Numbered from the stretch's first letter, positions 8,914 to 19,157 are shown. The stretch: DNA of 64,000 nucleotides from Planctomycetota bacterium (GCA_027063065.1 JAMOSO010000011.1:5370-69369); one strand, 5' to 3'. Notes: generated from the sequence alone by a model not told the origin. Program-made: numbers and translations.

Positions 8914-9758
8914 TTGTATTCCTCTGCTTTTTTATCTGCGGCTTTATGCATACGGCAGTTAGACTCACATGGTTTAAAAGCATTTAAACGAGCAATCATA
9001 TTATCCCAATTAACTAAATGACCATCAAACTCTGGACCGTCTACACAAACAAATTTTACCTGATCACCAATATCAACTCGACAACCACCACACATACCAG
9101 TGCCGTCTACCATAATAGAATTGAGACTAACTAAAGTTTTAACATTATATGGTTTTGTTGTTAAGGCACAAAATTTCATCATTATCGGTGGACCAATAGC
9201 AATGACCATATCAGGTTTGTCTTGTTTGCATATTTCTTCCAGAGGTTCTGTTACCAATCCTTTACGACCAGCCGAACCATCATCTGTGCAAACAATAAAA
9301 TTATTTGCAATTGATTGCATTTCTTCTTCTAAAATAATTAAACTTTTATCTCTAGCGCCTATGATAGTAGTTACTTCGTTACCTGCCTTAGCTAATGCTT
9401 GCGCTATAGGATGCAATGGTGCTATACCTATACCACCACCGACACACACAACTTTGCCAAACTTTTTAATATGTGTTGGAGTACCTAATGGTCCTACCAC
9501 TACAGCAAGTGCATCGCCGACATTTAATTTTGACATTTCTTGTGTTGTTTGGCCTACAATTTGAAAAATTAAAGTAATAGTACCTTCTGCAACATCGGCA
9601 TCGGCTATTGTCAGTGGGATTCGTTCTCCAAAATCTTCATCAATCATAACCATTACAAACTGTCCAGCTTTACGCCCCTCTGCAATCAACGGAGCACGTA
9701 CCTTAATCATATAAACAGCTTCAGAAAGCTGTTTTTTAAAAGTGATAGAATGTTTCAC
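8910..9758 (-). CDS. nfnA: Electron-bifurcating transhydrogenase small subunit NfnA (PyrK/SudB-like)
   Basis: GQFVM, ERIPLTIAD, GPLG, GGGIGIAP, MVDGTGMCGGCRV...CVDGPEFDGH [2Fe-2S] motif. Start moved to GTG 9758, which follows a GAGGT RBS. Confidence 0.88.
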   Translation of the reverse strand: MKHSITFKKQLSEAVYMIKVRAPLIAEGRKAGQFVMVMIDEDFGERIPLTIADADVAEGTITLIFQIVGQTTQEMSKLNVGDALAVVVGPLGTPTHIKKFGKVVCVGGGIGIAPLHPIAQALAKAGNEVTTIIGARDKSLIILEEEMQSIANNFIVCTDDGSAGRKGLVTEPLEEICKQDKPDMVIAIGPPIMMKFCALTTKPYNVKTLVSLNSIMVDGTGMCGGCRVDIGDQVKFVCVDGPEFDGHLVNWDNMIARLNAFKPCESNCRMHKAADKKAEEYK

Positions 9759-9802
9759 ATAAACCTCTAAATATTGTATATATTTAATAAAAAACAGATT
9801 AT

Positions 9803-9830
9803 ATTGTATTAGTTTTCTATTATCTAGCAA
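9803..9830 (-). promoter_or_regulatory. sigma70-type promoter for the nfnAB-lipoate ligase-rex operon
   Basis: TTGCTA-N16-TACAAT on the minus strand, about 45 bp upstream of the GTG start. Confidence 0.5.
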
Positions 9831-9936
9831 AAGGTTGTCTTTTTAATGCGTAATTTAAAACTATTGAAATGTTTTTATTAGTTGGATTATCTAAAAAAAA
9901 CTTCTAAAATACATAAATTATAGTTATGCTTAAGAT

Positions 9937-10209
9937 ATGAATGATAACTCTGTTTTATTATTGTCGGCACTTAATTTAGGTATGCAAGTCAAGGTTGGTG
10001 GATATGTTTTTTTTATGAAAGAAACTAAACTTTTTCAATTAGATTTTGACAAAACAGAAGACGAAACTACTTTAATCCTAAGTCCAACAATGAAACCTAA
10101 AAACATCACATTAAGCCAATTTATTAAGTTAAGCCAAACTATGACTTCTCAAGAAATAATAAATCTACACAATTTACTATCTCAGCAAGGTACAATTACG
10201 CATGAATAA
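9937..10209 (+). CDS. Hypothetical protein (90 aa)
   Basis: ATG-started ORF that overlaps the next gene by 8 bp. No recognised motif. Confidence 0.55.
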   Translation: MNDNSVLLLSALNLGMQVKVGGYVFFMKETKLFQLDFDKTEDETTLILSPTMKPKNITLSQFIKLSQTMTSQEIINLHNLLSQQGTITHE

Positions 10210-11251
10210 AGCTCTGTTGTTTTTTTCTTTAATACTTGTCAGTTTTGATATAAATGCACAAGAGATTGCTTCTAACACAAGAACCCCCCCATCGGTCAAT
10301 AATCGTGAACATACTAGCCAAGCAATAAAAAATGATTTGGGATTAATTGATAAAAGTTATGGTATTGTTTCATCCAGTATTGTTACTCCAGTTAAATGGT
10401 TTGATAATTTTTTTGGTACAGAAGACTCATACGATGATTACAATGGAAGTTATATCAGTATTACTTCAAAAATCAATTGGCTTGATAGTGGCAATCCTAC
10501 TTACAATCACAGATTTAAAACAAGATTAAGGTTGCCAAAAGCATCTAAAAAATTGAGATTATTTTTTGATACCGGTACTGACGAAGAAGTTTCGCAAGAC
10601 ATATCTGGAGTAAGTTCAGAGTCTTTAAAACGTTCTGAAGTAAATACTACTGCCTCGACGGGAAATTCAACAGGTTTTGCTAAAGACGATTTACTTGCTG
10701 GTCTACGTTGGGTACAAAAAGAAGGAAGAAAAATCAATATAAATTTTTCAGTAGGTGCACGTTTTAGGTGGCCAACTAAAGTATATGCCAAAGCAAAATA
10801 TCGTAAATTATGGGATTTGACAAGTAATTTAAATGCTGTACTTGGTAACACATTTTATTGGAAGCAGTACGATGGCTTTGGCAATACAGCCAGATTAGAT
10901 TTTAATAAAACTTTGAGTCCAAAAAATATTTTAAGAATTTCAACAGAAGGTACTTTTAGTGAAGATTCTGATGGTATAGATTGGAGCCAAGGATGTACCC
11001 TTTCTCATCAAATAGGTAAACGAAAAGCCATTTCTATAACTGGCGAATTTGTTGGAGTAACTCGTCCAGATGAAAAAATTAATGATTTTCGTACCGCAAT
11101 TAATTATAGACAAAGTGTTTTTAGACCATGGTTTTTTGTTGAAGCAATTCCAGAAGTAAACTGGAGTTCTGATAATGGTTGGAGTGGTACTCCACAATTT
11201 ACATTAATCTTTGAAATTAAATTTGGTGGCATTAGACCAAAGGAAAAATAA
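10202..11251 (+). CDS. Putative outer-membrane beta-barrel protein
   Basis: Signal peptide (MNKALLFFSLILVSFDINA), WFDNFFG, alternating amphipathic beta-strands, terminal strand FTLIFEIKFG. Confidence 0.65.
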   Translation: MNKALLFFSLILVSFDINAQEIASNTRTPPSVNNREHTSQAIKNDLGLIDKSYGIVSSSIVTPVKWFDNFFGTEDSYDDYNGSYISITSKINWLDSGNPTYNHRFKTRLRLPKASKKLRLFFDTGTDEEVSQDISGVSSESLKRSEVNTTASTGNSTGFAKDDLLAGLRWVQKEGRKININFSVGARFRWPTKVYAKAKYRKLWDLTSNLNAVLGNTFYWKQYDGFGNTARLDFNKTLSPKNILRISTEGTFSEDSDGIDWSQGCTLSHQIGKRKAISITGEFVGVTRPDEKINDFRTAINYRQSVFRPWFFVEAIPEVNWSSDNGWSGTPQFTLIFEIKFGGIRPKEK

Positions 11252-11274
11252 ACACAAATTATATTAGGATCAAT

Positions 11275-12555
11275 ATGACTAAATCTAAGCAATTATTTAA
11301 TCGTGCCTGTCAAGTTATTCCAGGTGGTGTCAATTCTCCTGTAAGAGCTTTTGGTTCTGTTGATGCAGAACCAATTTTTATAAGTTCTGCAAAAGATGCA
11401 ATAATGCAAACAGTGGATGGCCAAAACTTAATTGATTTTTGTTCTTCTTGGGGTCCATTAATATTAGGGCATGCACCAGATGTTATAACTAAAGCAATAA
11501 ATGATGCTGCAGTTAAAGGTACCAGTTATGGGGTTAATACTCCTGGAGAAGTAGAAATCGCTGAATTAATTGTTAAACAAATACCAGCTATTGAAAAAGT
11601 GCGCTTGGTTAGTTCTGGCACAGAAGCAACCATGACTGCTTTACGCCTAGCAAGAGGAGCTACTGGGCGTAATAAAATTTTAAAATTTGATGGGTGTTAT
11701 CATGGTCATCATGATTCTTTATTAGTATCTGCTGGTTCAGGACTTTTAACAACAGGTACATCGTCTTCAGCAGGTGTTAGTGATACGGTTGTGGCTGACA
11801 CTTTATTATGCCCATATAATGATATTAATGCTGTTAAAGAAATATTTAATAAATATGGTTCAGAAATAGCCGCAATTATTGTAGAACCAGTAGCTGGCAA
11901 TATGGGATTAATAAAGCCTATTGAAGGATTTTTAGAAACATTGCGCACTATTACTAAACAAAATAATGCCTTATTAATTTTTGATGAAGTTATATGTGGC
12001 TTTCGTTTTTGTGCTGGTGCTTATTCTAATATATGTAATATTAAACCTGATATAACTTGTATGGGCAAAATCATCGGCGGAGGTTTACCTATCGGAGCTA
12101 TTGGCGGTAGTGCTACAGTTATGGACAATTTATCACCTCTTGGAGCTGTTTATCAAGCAGGAACTTTAAGTGGCAATCCTATAGCGGTAGCAACGGGCAT
12201 AGCAGTAATGCAAACATTAATTGATACTAATCCATATCCTAAATTAGAAGAAAAAGCCCGCGCAATTAGTGAAGGTTTAAATGATATGGCTAAGAAAAAA
12301 GGAATAGAACTCTGTTCTGAACAATATGGTTCTGTGTTCACACCTTTCTTTTCTAATAAAGCTCCAAACAATTTAAAAGACGTTCAAAAAATTGACACAA
12401 AAAAATACGCAAGATTTTTTACAAGTATGTTAAAGCAAAATATATATCTGCCTCCAAGTCAATTTGAATTGGCATTTATTAATACTAAACATACCGATGA
12501 ACATATCGAAAAATATCTTGAAGCCGCTAATGTAGCCTTAGATTTGATAAATTAA
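11275..12555 (+). CDS. hemL: Glutamate-1-semialdehyde 2,1-aminomutase
   Basis: IPGGVNSPVRAF, SWGPLILGH, SSGTEATM, GCYHGH, FDEV, GKIIGGGLP, YQAGTLSGNP. Confidence 0.96.
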   Translation: MTKSKQLFNRACQVIPGGVNSPVRAFGSVDAEPIFISSAKDAIMQTVDGQNLIDFCSSWGPLILGHAPDVITKAINDAAVKGTSYGVNTPGEVEIAELIVKQIPAIEKVRLVSSGTEATMTALRLARGATGRNKILKFDGCYHGHHDSLLVSAGSGLLTTGTSSSAGVSDTVVADTLLCPYNDINAVKEIFNKYGSEIAAIIVEPVAGNMGLIKPIEGFLETLRTITKQNNALLIFDEVICGFRFCAGAYSNICNIKPDITCMGKIIGGGLPIGAIGGSATVMDNLSPLGAVYQAGTLSGNPIAVATGIAVMQTLIDTNPYPKLEEKARAISEGLNDMAKKKGIELCSEQYGSVFTPFFSNKAPNNLKDVQKIDTKKYARFFTSMLKQNIYLPPSQFELAFINTKHTDEHIEKYLEAANVALDLIN

Positions 12556-12562
12556 TATTATT

Positions 12563-14164
12563 TTGCAAAATTTAACTCCTTTTTCATCTTCACTTTCTAA
12601 TAGCATCAAATGGATGATGTTTGTACGCCTTATCATTTTGATATTGGCGATAGCATCGTATTTAATAAAAAATGCTGAATCATTAACCTTTCAACTAGAG
12701 CCTATCAGTATTTATATATGTTTTATCACAGCCGCTTTGATTAATTTATTTTACTTAATTATTAGCTATAAAATTAAAAATTTAAGTCTCTTTGCTCATA
12801 TTCAAATTAGTATAGATATAGCCATTACAAGTGTGTTAGTTTATCTAACCGGTGGTTTGCAAAGTAATTTTATTTTATTTTATATACCATCTATTTTAGC
12901 TGCATCAATTATATTGGGCAGACGAGCTAGTATGATTTACCCTACTATTATAATTTTTATAATCTCATTTCATATTTTAGCATATAAACAAGGTTTTTTT
13001 TATAATTTACATTTGAACCCAAAATGGTTAAGTGGTTATGTGGATAATTTCCCTGCTGTTACTGCCTCATTATTAAGTCAAAGCACTGCGTTTTATTTAA
13101 TAGCTATTTTTTCTTCGTATCTATCCCGCGGACTTAAAGAAGCAAGATTTTTGGGGGGTGAATATGCTGAAATTACGCCCGATGCATTAATGCTATATGA
13201 TAACAATGGTAAAATAATTAACTGCAATTCAAATTTTGCTAAATTATGTGCATCTAATTGTGATGAATTGCAAGGTCAAATTATGCATAATGCCCCTGAA
13301 CCATGTCCTGATTTATTTGATTTTTTTAAAAATAACAATATAAAAAAATCAAAAATAATTGAATTGCGTCATAATAAAAAATTGACATCGTTTGAGGCTT
13401 CAGCATTTTCAATACATTTTTTAACTGAAACTAATAGAGCTACATTAATTAAACTAAATAATTTATCTACTTATCAAGAGACTCAACGACTTAGAGAGCG
13501 AAATCAAAGCCTAGAATTAGTTAGAGAAATGAGTGCTAGTATAGCGCATGAAATTCGCAACCCTTTGGCAGCTATGCGTGGAGCAGCAGTAGAAATTAAC
13601 TCATGTTTAACTAGTGTTAAAGATAAAAAATTAATGAATATTTTATTGGAAGAGTTAGACAGGATAAATAAAACAGTTGGTAATTTTATGAATATGGCTA
13701 GAATGAGCCCACTAAATCTTGCCAGTATAAATTTAAATCAATTAATTGAAAATAGTGTAATGATGCTACAACAAGCTCCAGAAGCTGACAATAAACAAAT
13801 TATTGTCAATTTAACTGAAAATTTAAAAATCAAATCTGATGCCGATCATATAACTCAAATATTGATAAATATTGGTAAAAATGCATTGCAAGCCTTACCT
13901 AAAAATGGCATATATACTATTAATGGAAAAATATTAAATAAAGATTTTATATGCTTAGAACTTTGTGATGATGGCATAGGTATTGCCCCAGAAATACAAC
14001 AGAAAATATTTACACCTTTTTTTTCAACAAAATCAACTGGATCTGGTTTAGGATTACCTATGGTTGCACAATTAATAGAATCATTAGGTGGCACTATTAA
14101 CTTGAGTAGCAAGCCTGGTCATACAAAATTTACTATTATATTACCAAAAGAAAGAAATATATAA
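12563..14164 (+). CDS. Membrane sensor histidine kinase (PilS-like; TM helices, PAS, HisKA, HATPase)
   Basis: Multiple TM segments with LTGG..SNF, H-box IAHEIRNPL, N-box NIGKNALQA, DDGIGI, FTPFFSTK, GSGLGL. Confidence 0.88.
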   Translation: MQNLTPFSSSLSNSIKWMMFVRLIILILAIASYLIKNAESLTFQLEPISIYICFITAALINLFYLIISYKIKNLSLFAHIQISIDIAITSVLVYLTGGLQSNFILFYIPSILAASIILGRRASMIYPTIIIFIISFHILAYKQGFFYNLHLNPKWLSGYVDNFPAVTASLLSQSTAFYLIAIFSSYLSRGLKEARFLGGEYAEITPDALMLYDNNGKIINCNSNFAKLCASNCDELQGQIMHNAPEPCPDLFDFFKNNNIKKSKIIELRHNKKLTSFEASAFSIHFLTETNRATLIKLNNLSTYQETQRLRERNQSLELVREMSASIAHEIRNPLAAMRGAAVEINSCLTSVKDKKLMNILLEELDRINKTVGNFMNMARMSPLNLASINLNQLIENSVMMLQQAPEADNKQIIVNLTENLKIKSDADHITQILINIGKNALQALPKNGIYTINGKILNKDFICLELCDDGIGIAPEIQQKIFTPFFSTKSTGSGLGLPMVAQLIESLGGTINLSSKPGHTKFTIILPKERNI

Positions 14165-14166
14165 GT

Positions 14167-15888
14167 ATGTTAGAATCTCCAAAATCTATTTGGTTTTGTA
14201 AAAAACCGTCACCTGATAAAACATCAAATATTGCCAATCAGTTATTTATATCACCTATTTTAGCACAAGTGTTGCTTAATCGTGGCTTAGAAGATATCAA
14301 TTCCATCACTAAATTTTTAAAACCAGACACAAAAGATTTAAGCTCACCTTTTAATTTTATCGATATGCATAAAGTGGTCAATCGCATATTAGAAGCGCGA
14401 GATAAAAAGCAAACAGTGCTAATTCATGGCGATTATGATGTCGATGGTATTACTTCAACTACTATTTTATATTTATTATTTAAGCAGATGGACATAAATG
14501 TTGATGTTTATTTGCCAGACAGATTTAAAGATGGATATGGCTTAAATATAAATACATTAAAATCATTAAATATTAATAAATATAATTTAATAATTACAGC
14601 AGATTGTGGTATCACAGCCCATGAACAAGCACAATGGATTAATGAACAAGGTGTCGAATTAATTATAATTGATCATCATAAGCTAGATGAAACAATGCCA
14701 AAGTCTGCTGCTATTATTCATCCAGATATTACTAAAGAAAAAAATTTTAACCAATTGTGTGCTGCATCCCTTGCTTTAAAAGTTGTATTAGCATTAACTG
14801 AGATTGATAATCATGCAAAATTTAAAGCCAATAAAATTATGCCTGATTTAATTATGTTAGCTACTTTTGGCATTATTTGTGATGTGATGCCATTAATAGA
14901 AGAAAACAGAATTATAGTTAATACTGGGCTAAAAATTATAAATGGCATTACAAAACCTGGATTATCAGAAATTATAAAAATCGTAACCAATCACAGTAGT
15001 CTTACTGCGGGAAAAATAGGATTTCAGATTGGCCCTAGAATTAATGCTGGTGGACGTATGGCAAAAACAAGATTGGCGTTTGATTTATTTACTACAGACA
15101 ATCCAGTAATGGCAACAAAAATTTTACAAGAATTAGAAACACAAAATAATGCACGTCAAGCTATAGAAAAAGAAATAACCAAACTAGCATTAGAACAATC
15201 AGAACAAATTATACAAAATAAAGATGCGTATTCTATAGTTGCTTATGGTGATGATTGGCATGAGGGTGTAATAGGTATCGTAGCTTCTAGATTAATAGAT
15301 GCACATTATTTACCATCTATTGTTATTGCATTTAATAATGGAATGGGTAAAGGTTCGTGTCGGTCTATTGATGGCTGTGATATTCATAAAGCTCTTAGTA
15401 AATGCAGTCAATTTTTAGAAACTTTTGGTGGACATTCTGCCGCAGCTGGACTAAGTATTAAACGTGAAAATATTAATGTGTTTATTAAGCAATTTAATCT
15501 TGAATGCCAAAAGCAATTAAGTAAACGTCCTCAGCCAAAACAAGTAATTGATATTGCATGTTTACCAGAATTGATTGATGAAAACTTAATGCATAATTTA
15601 AAAAAATTAGAGCCATTTGGATATAAAAATCCAAAACCAACTTTTGGACTTAAAAATATTGTTGTTGCTGGTATTCCCAAAATAATAGGCAAAGACGATA
15701 AACATTTAATGTTTTTTATAAAAGGAAATGGTCGTAGTTTTAAAGCTATCGGATGGAATATGGCGCAGTATATGCCTTTAGTAAGTTCTAATAAAAATTT
15801 TTCTATTATTTTTACCCCTATTTTAAATAGCTTTAATGGTCAAACAAGTATCGAATTTGAAATTAAAGATATCAGACTAGAAAATTAA
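14167..15888 (+). CDS. recJ: Single-stranded DNA exonuclease RecJ
   Basis: HGDYDVDGITS, DGYGL, TADCG, IIDHH, GPRINAGGRM, WHEGVIGIVASRL, GSCRS, FGGHSAAAG, LEPFGYKNP. Confidence 0.95.
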   Translation: MLESPKSIWFCKKPSPDKTSNIANQLFISPILAQVLLNRGLEDINSITKFLKPDTKDLSSPFNFIDMHKVVNRILEARDKKQTVLIHGDYDVDGITSTTILYLLFKQMDINVDVYLPDRFKDGYGLNINTLKSLNINKYNLIITADCGITAHEQAQWINEQGVELIIIDHHKLDETMPKSAAIIHPDITKEKNFNQLCAASLALKVVLALTEIDNHAKFKANKIMPDLIMLATFGIICDVMPLIEENRIIVNTGLKIINGITKPGLSEIIKIVTNHSSLTAGKIGFQIGPRINAGGRMAKTRLAFDLFTTDNPVMATKILQELETQNNARQAIEKEITKLALEQSEQIIQNKDAYSIVAYGDDWHEGVIGIVASRLIDAHYLPSIVIAFNNGMGKGSCRSIDGCDIHKALSKCSQFLETFGGHSAAAGLSIKRENINVFIKQFNLECQKQLSKRPQPKQVIDIACLPELIDENLMHNLKKLEPFGYKNPKPTFGLKNIVVAGIPKIIGKDDKHLMFFIKGNGRSFKAIGWNMAQYMPLVSSNKNFSIIFTPILNSFNGQTSIEFEIKDIRLEN

Positions 15889-15967
15889 CATCTGTTGTTC
15901 AAAAAATGTATCGACCAAAATAAAAAAAGTTTTAAAATAAATTAAATGGGGATTATGAGGAGATAAA

Positions 15968-16426
15968 ATGCAAGAAAAATTTACAGTTTTAAAATGGGGC
16001 AACAATTTATCTACAGGATTAAACTGGCAAAATGAACAACATAAAACATTAGTCGAACAAATAAATAAATTAGTCAATCAAGAAGATGATACGCTAGATG
16101 ATATTTTGGAGTTTACTAAATATTACACTGCTACACACTTTAGAGATGAAGAAGCAATGATGGTGCATTATGATTACCCGGCATTAGATGCGCATATTGA
16201 AGAGCACGGTTTTTTTGTTAATTCTATGCAAGAAATTTTTAAAGAAAACCAAAAGGATAAAATTAAAATACGCAAAATACTAACAGAATTAAGTGCATGG
16301 CTAATGTGGCATATTAAAAACAGCGATAAAGAACAAGCTGATTGGTTAATCAAAAATACAAATATTAAAAATCATCAACCGACCGAATTTTATGAAGAAT
16401 TAGAAAATTACAGAAGAAATAATTAA
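15968..16426 (+). CDS. Bacteriohemerythrin
   Basis: STG...EQHKTL, HFRDEEAMM, YP..DAHIEEH, WLMWHIKNSD di-iron ligand pattern. Confidence 0.88.
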   Translation: MQEKFTVLKWGNNLSTGLNWQNEQHKTLVEQINKLVNQEDDTLDDILEFTKYYTATHFRDEEAMMVHYDYPALDAHIEEHGFFVNSMQEIFKENQKDKIKIRKILTELSAWLMWHIKNSDKEQADWLIKNTNIKNHQPTEFYEELENYRRNN

Positions 16427-16533
16427 TAGTCTCTGCAAGTAATTGCTGTATCAATTTGATTTATAATTACTAAAATAATATATTTAAAACTTTTAAAATT
16501 ACCCAATTTAATTAAAAACAAACAAGGAAAAAC

Positions 16534-17970
16534 ATGAAATACGATTATGACATTATAACAATAGGTCTGGGACCAGCGGGTATGGCAGTATCAATAATGG
16601 GCTCTGAAATGGGCTTAAATATTTGTGCCATAGAAAAAAAAAGTCTTGGTGGTGAATGTATGAATGCTGGATGTATTCCTTCAAAAGCATTACTAAGAGC
16701 CGCTAGAACAAGACATACCTTTAGTACATATCAAAACTATTCATTAAAAGGTGGCAGCATTCCTGAAGTAGACAATATATTTGAAAACATACAAAAAGAT
16801 TTAAATTTTATCGGCGATAAAAAAACAAAAGGTATGTTTAAAAAAACTGATCTAATGCTTAAGGAAGGCTCTGCCAAATTTGTTGATTCTCACACTGTTG
16901 CCGTTGGAGACAAACGCATTACTGCCAAAAGAATCTTTATCTGCACAGGCACAAAACCATTTGTACCTCCAGTAGAAGGTATTGAGGATATTAATTATTT
17001 AACTAATGAAAATATGTTTAAACTAGAAAAAGTCCCCCAATCAATGATTATTATTGGTGGCGGTGTTATCGGCTGTGAAATGGCTCAAGCTTATCAAAGG
17101 TTAGGCACAAAAGTTACCATTATCAATAGAGATAAAAATTTAATTTTTCCTCAAGATGCAGAAGTCGCCACTACTCTTAAAACAGGATTAGAAAAAGACG
17201 GTGTAACTATATACAATGATAGTAATGTATCTAAATATGAAAAAACTACTGTAGGTGTTAAGGCATATTTTGGCGATTCACAAGTTATCGAAGCTGAACA
17301 AATAATTATTGCTGCTGGACGAGTTTTTGATCCAAGCGAATTAGATTTAGATAAAGCAGGTGTTGAATACACTAAAAAAGGTATAAAAGTAAATAATATT
17401 TTACAAACAAATAAAAAACATATTTTAGCTTGTGGTGATTGCAATGGACATTTTTTATTAAGTCATGCAGCAATGCACCAAGGTATGATAGCATTAATGA
17501 ATACAATGGTTCCTCTTCCTAGTTGGATGCCTATTCCTGGACCATTTAAACGAAATTTTAAACAATATGTAGTACCCTCCACTATTTTTACTGATCCTCA
17601 AGTAAGTCGTGTTGGCTTAAATGAAGATGATTTACAAAAATTAGGTAAAAAATATCAAGTTGTCAAAGTTAACTATGGTGATTATGGCGCTGCCATTGCA
17701 GAAAAAGTAGAAACTGGATATATAAAGGCCTTTATTTCACCACTTGGCAAAATATACGGAGTATATATTGTAGGTGAAGGCAGTGGCGAAATGATTAATG
17801 AATGGGCTCTAGCGATTCAAAAAAATCTGCATATAACATCCATTATGCTAATGCAACATTCATTTCCAACAATGGGTTTTTTAACTAAACGTGTTTCAGA
17901 AGAATGGATGATGGGTAAAATGGCTTCATCATTTTTACAAAAAATGTGCCAAGTGATGTTTAGATTATAA
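16534..17970 (+). CDS. Pyridine nucleotide-disulfide oxidoreductase (LpdA/MerA-like class I)
   Basis: GLGPAG FAD site, GGECMNAGCIPSK redox disulfide, GGGVIGCEMAQ, GDCNG, FTDPQVSRVG. Confidence 0.85.
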   Translation: MKYDYDIITIGLGPAGMAVSIMGSEMGLNICAIEKKSLGGECMNAGCIPSKALLRAARTRHTFSTYQNYSLKGGSIPEVDNIFENIQKDLNFIGDKKTKGMFKKTDLMLKEGSAKFVDSHTVAVGDKRITAKRIFICTGTKPFVPPVEGIEDINYLTNENMFKLEKVPQSMIIIGGGVIGCEMAQAYQRLGTKVTIINRDKNLIFPQDAEVATTLKTGLEKDGVTIYNDSNVSKYEKTTVGVKAYFGDSQVIEAEQIIIAAGRVFDPSELDLDKAGVEYTKKGIKVNNILQTNKKHILACGDCNGHFLLSHAAMHQGMIALMNTMVPLPSWMPIPGPFKRNFKQYVVPSTIFTDPQVSRVGLNEDDLQKLGKKYQVVKVNYGDYGAAIAEKVETGYIKAFISPLGKIYGVYIVGEGSGEMINEWALAIQKNLHITSIMLMQHSFPTMGFLTKRVSEEWMMGKMASSFLQKMCQVMFRL

Positions 17971-17973
17971 ACA

Positions 17974-19071
17974 ATGACTGAATATATCATAAACTGTGCG
18001 GGGGAAAAAATCCCCCTCACTGGTAAATTATTTGAGGCTAGGTGTGACGTTGGTAATTTAGAAGATTATATTAAAGCCAATCAAAGATTTATAATAAACA
18101 AAACGCAAGAATGGCTTGATATACCAAAAATATCAATTTTGATGCCGATTTACTTAGCCGGCGATACTTTTATTGATTCTCTTAAATCAGTGTATAATCA
18201 AAATTGGTCTACGCCAGAAAATGTAGAAATTATTTTATATATCAACCAACCTCTTGGCGAAGAATTACCATTAACTAAAAAATCCATAGAAGTAGCTAAT
18301 AAATTTATAAACAGCGTTGAGAATTCAAAACCTGCTGTGCGTTTAATTTATGAACAACTAAATCACGGTCTACCAGAAGTATATCAGCGTAGTTTTTCTT
18401 CGTTAGTTGGGCGTATTCAAAGTTTGGTAAATACTTTAAATTTTAATAATAAAGATGATAAAATATCTAAAATAAATCAATTAATGAATACTGTTTTTGC
18501 AATAGTTGACGATGATTTAATCTTTAAAAATTCTAATGAACTTTCTTCAGCCTTAGAACAAATAAAAACGGGACAATCTATAGTTACTGGGCAAATTGAA
18601 ATAACTAAAGTTAAAACTTCATATCCAAAATGGGATAATATTTTAACCTCTGTTATGAACTTATATTTTAATTTTAAACAAGAACTAGGCACTTCGACAT
18701 TAACACCTAGAGGAATTAGCGTCAAAGATATGTTTCATCAACCTGCTGTTCAGTTAGAAAATGATTATGCAGATCAAATATGGTTTGCATCAGGAGCAAA
18801 TAACAAACACAAATTAATAGTAAAAACACAAACCAGTTTGCAAGAAGAAACTTATCCAAGTAATGCTAAAATGACTGGGGCGTTAGCTTATTTTTTAGAA
18901 ACTGGTAAAGAAGTTTCCTGTTTAGATATATTTGAGTCTGTAAAAGCTTTATATAAAAGCAATTGGCAAACTCACTTTAAATACTCACATGAAGACGTAG
19001 AACAATTAATCAAAAATTTAAAAACTAGAGATATATCCAAAATTTATCAATATTGTAAAAAATTTACATAA
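17974..19071 (+). CDS. Hypothetical protein with GT-A glycosyltransferase-like features
   Basis: KISILMPIY...LKSVYNQ...VEIILYIN start typical of GT2, plus AIVDDD (DxD-like) motif. Starts 3 bp after the oxidoreductase. Confidence 0.55.
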   Translation: MTEYIINCAGEKIPLTGKLFEARCDVGNLEDYIKANQRFIINKTQEWLDIPKISILMPIYLAGDTFIDSLKSVYNQNWSTPENVEIILYINQPLGEELPLTKKSIEVANKFINSVENSKPAVRLIYEQLNHGLPEVYQRSFSSLVGRIQSLVNTLNFNNKDDKISKINQLMNTVFAIVDDDLIFKNSNELSSALEQIKTGQSIVTGQIEITKVKTSYPKWDNILTSVMNLYFNFKQELGTSTLTPRGISVKDMFHQPAVQLENDYADQIWFASGANNKHKLIVKTQTSLQEETYPSNAKMTGALAYFLETGKEVSCLDIFESVKALYKSNWQTHFKYSHEDVEQLIKNLKTRDISKIYQYCKKFT

Positions 19072-19110
19072 AAGGCATTTGATATTTAAATTTTGTATTT
19101 AGCACAAACA

Positions 19111-19148
19111 ATAACGTGTAAATTTATGATTATAAATTTACACGTTAT
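19111..19148. terminator. Long perfect inverted repeat between convergent genes (probable terminator)
   Basis: ATAACGTGTAAATTTAT-gatt-ATAAATTTACACGTTAT, 17-bp arms. Confidence 0.65.
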
Positions 19149-19157
19149 ATACTTAAA

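Noticed and set aside
16534-17970. Mercuric reductase MerA or true dihydrolipoamide dehydrogenase
   Set aside because: No C-terminal Cys-Cys, NmerA domain or mer genes; no HPTxxE dyad or E1/E2 neighbours.
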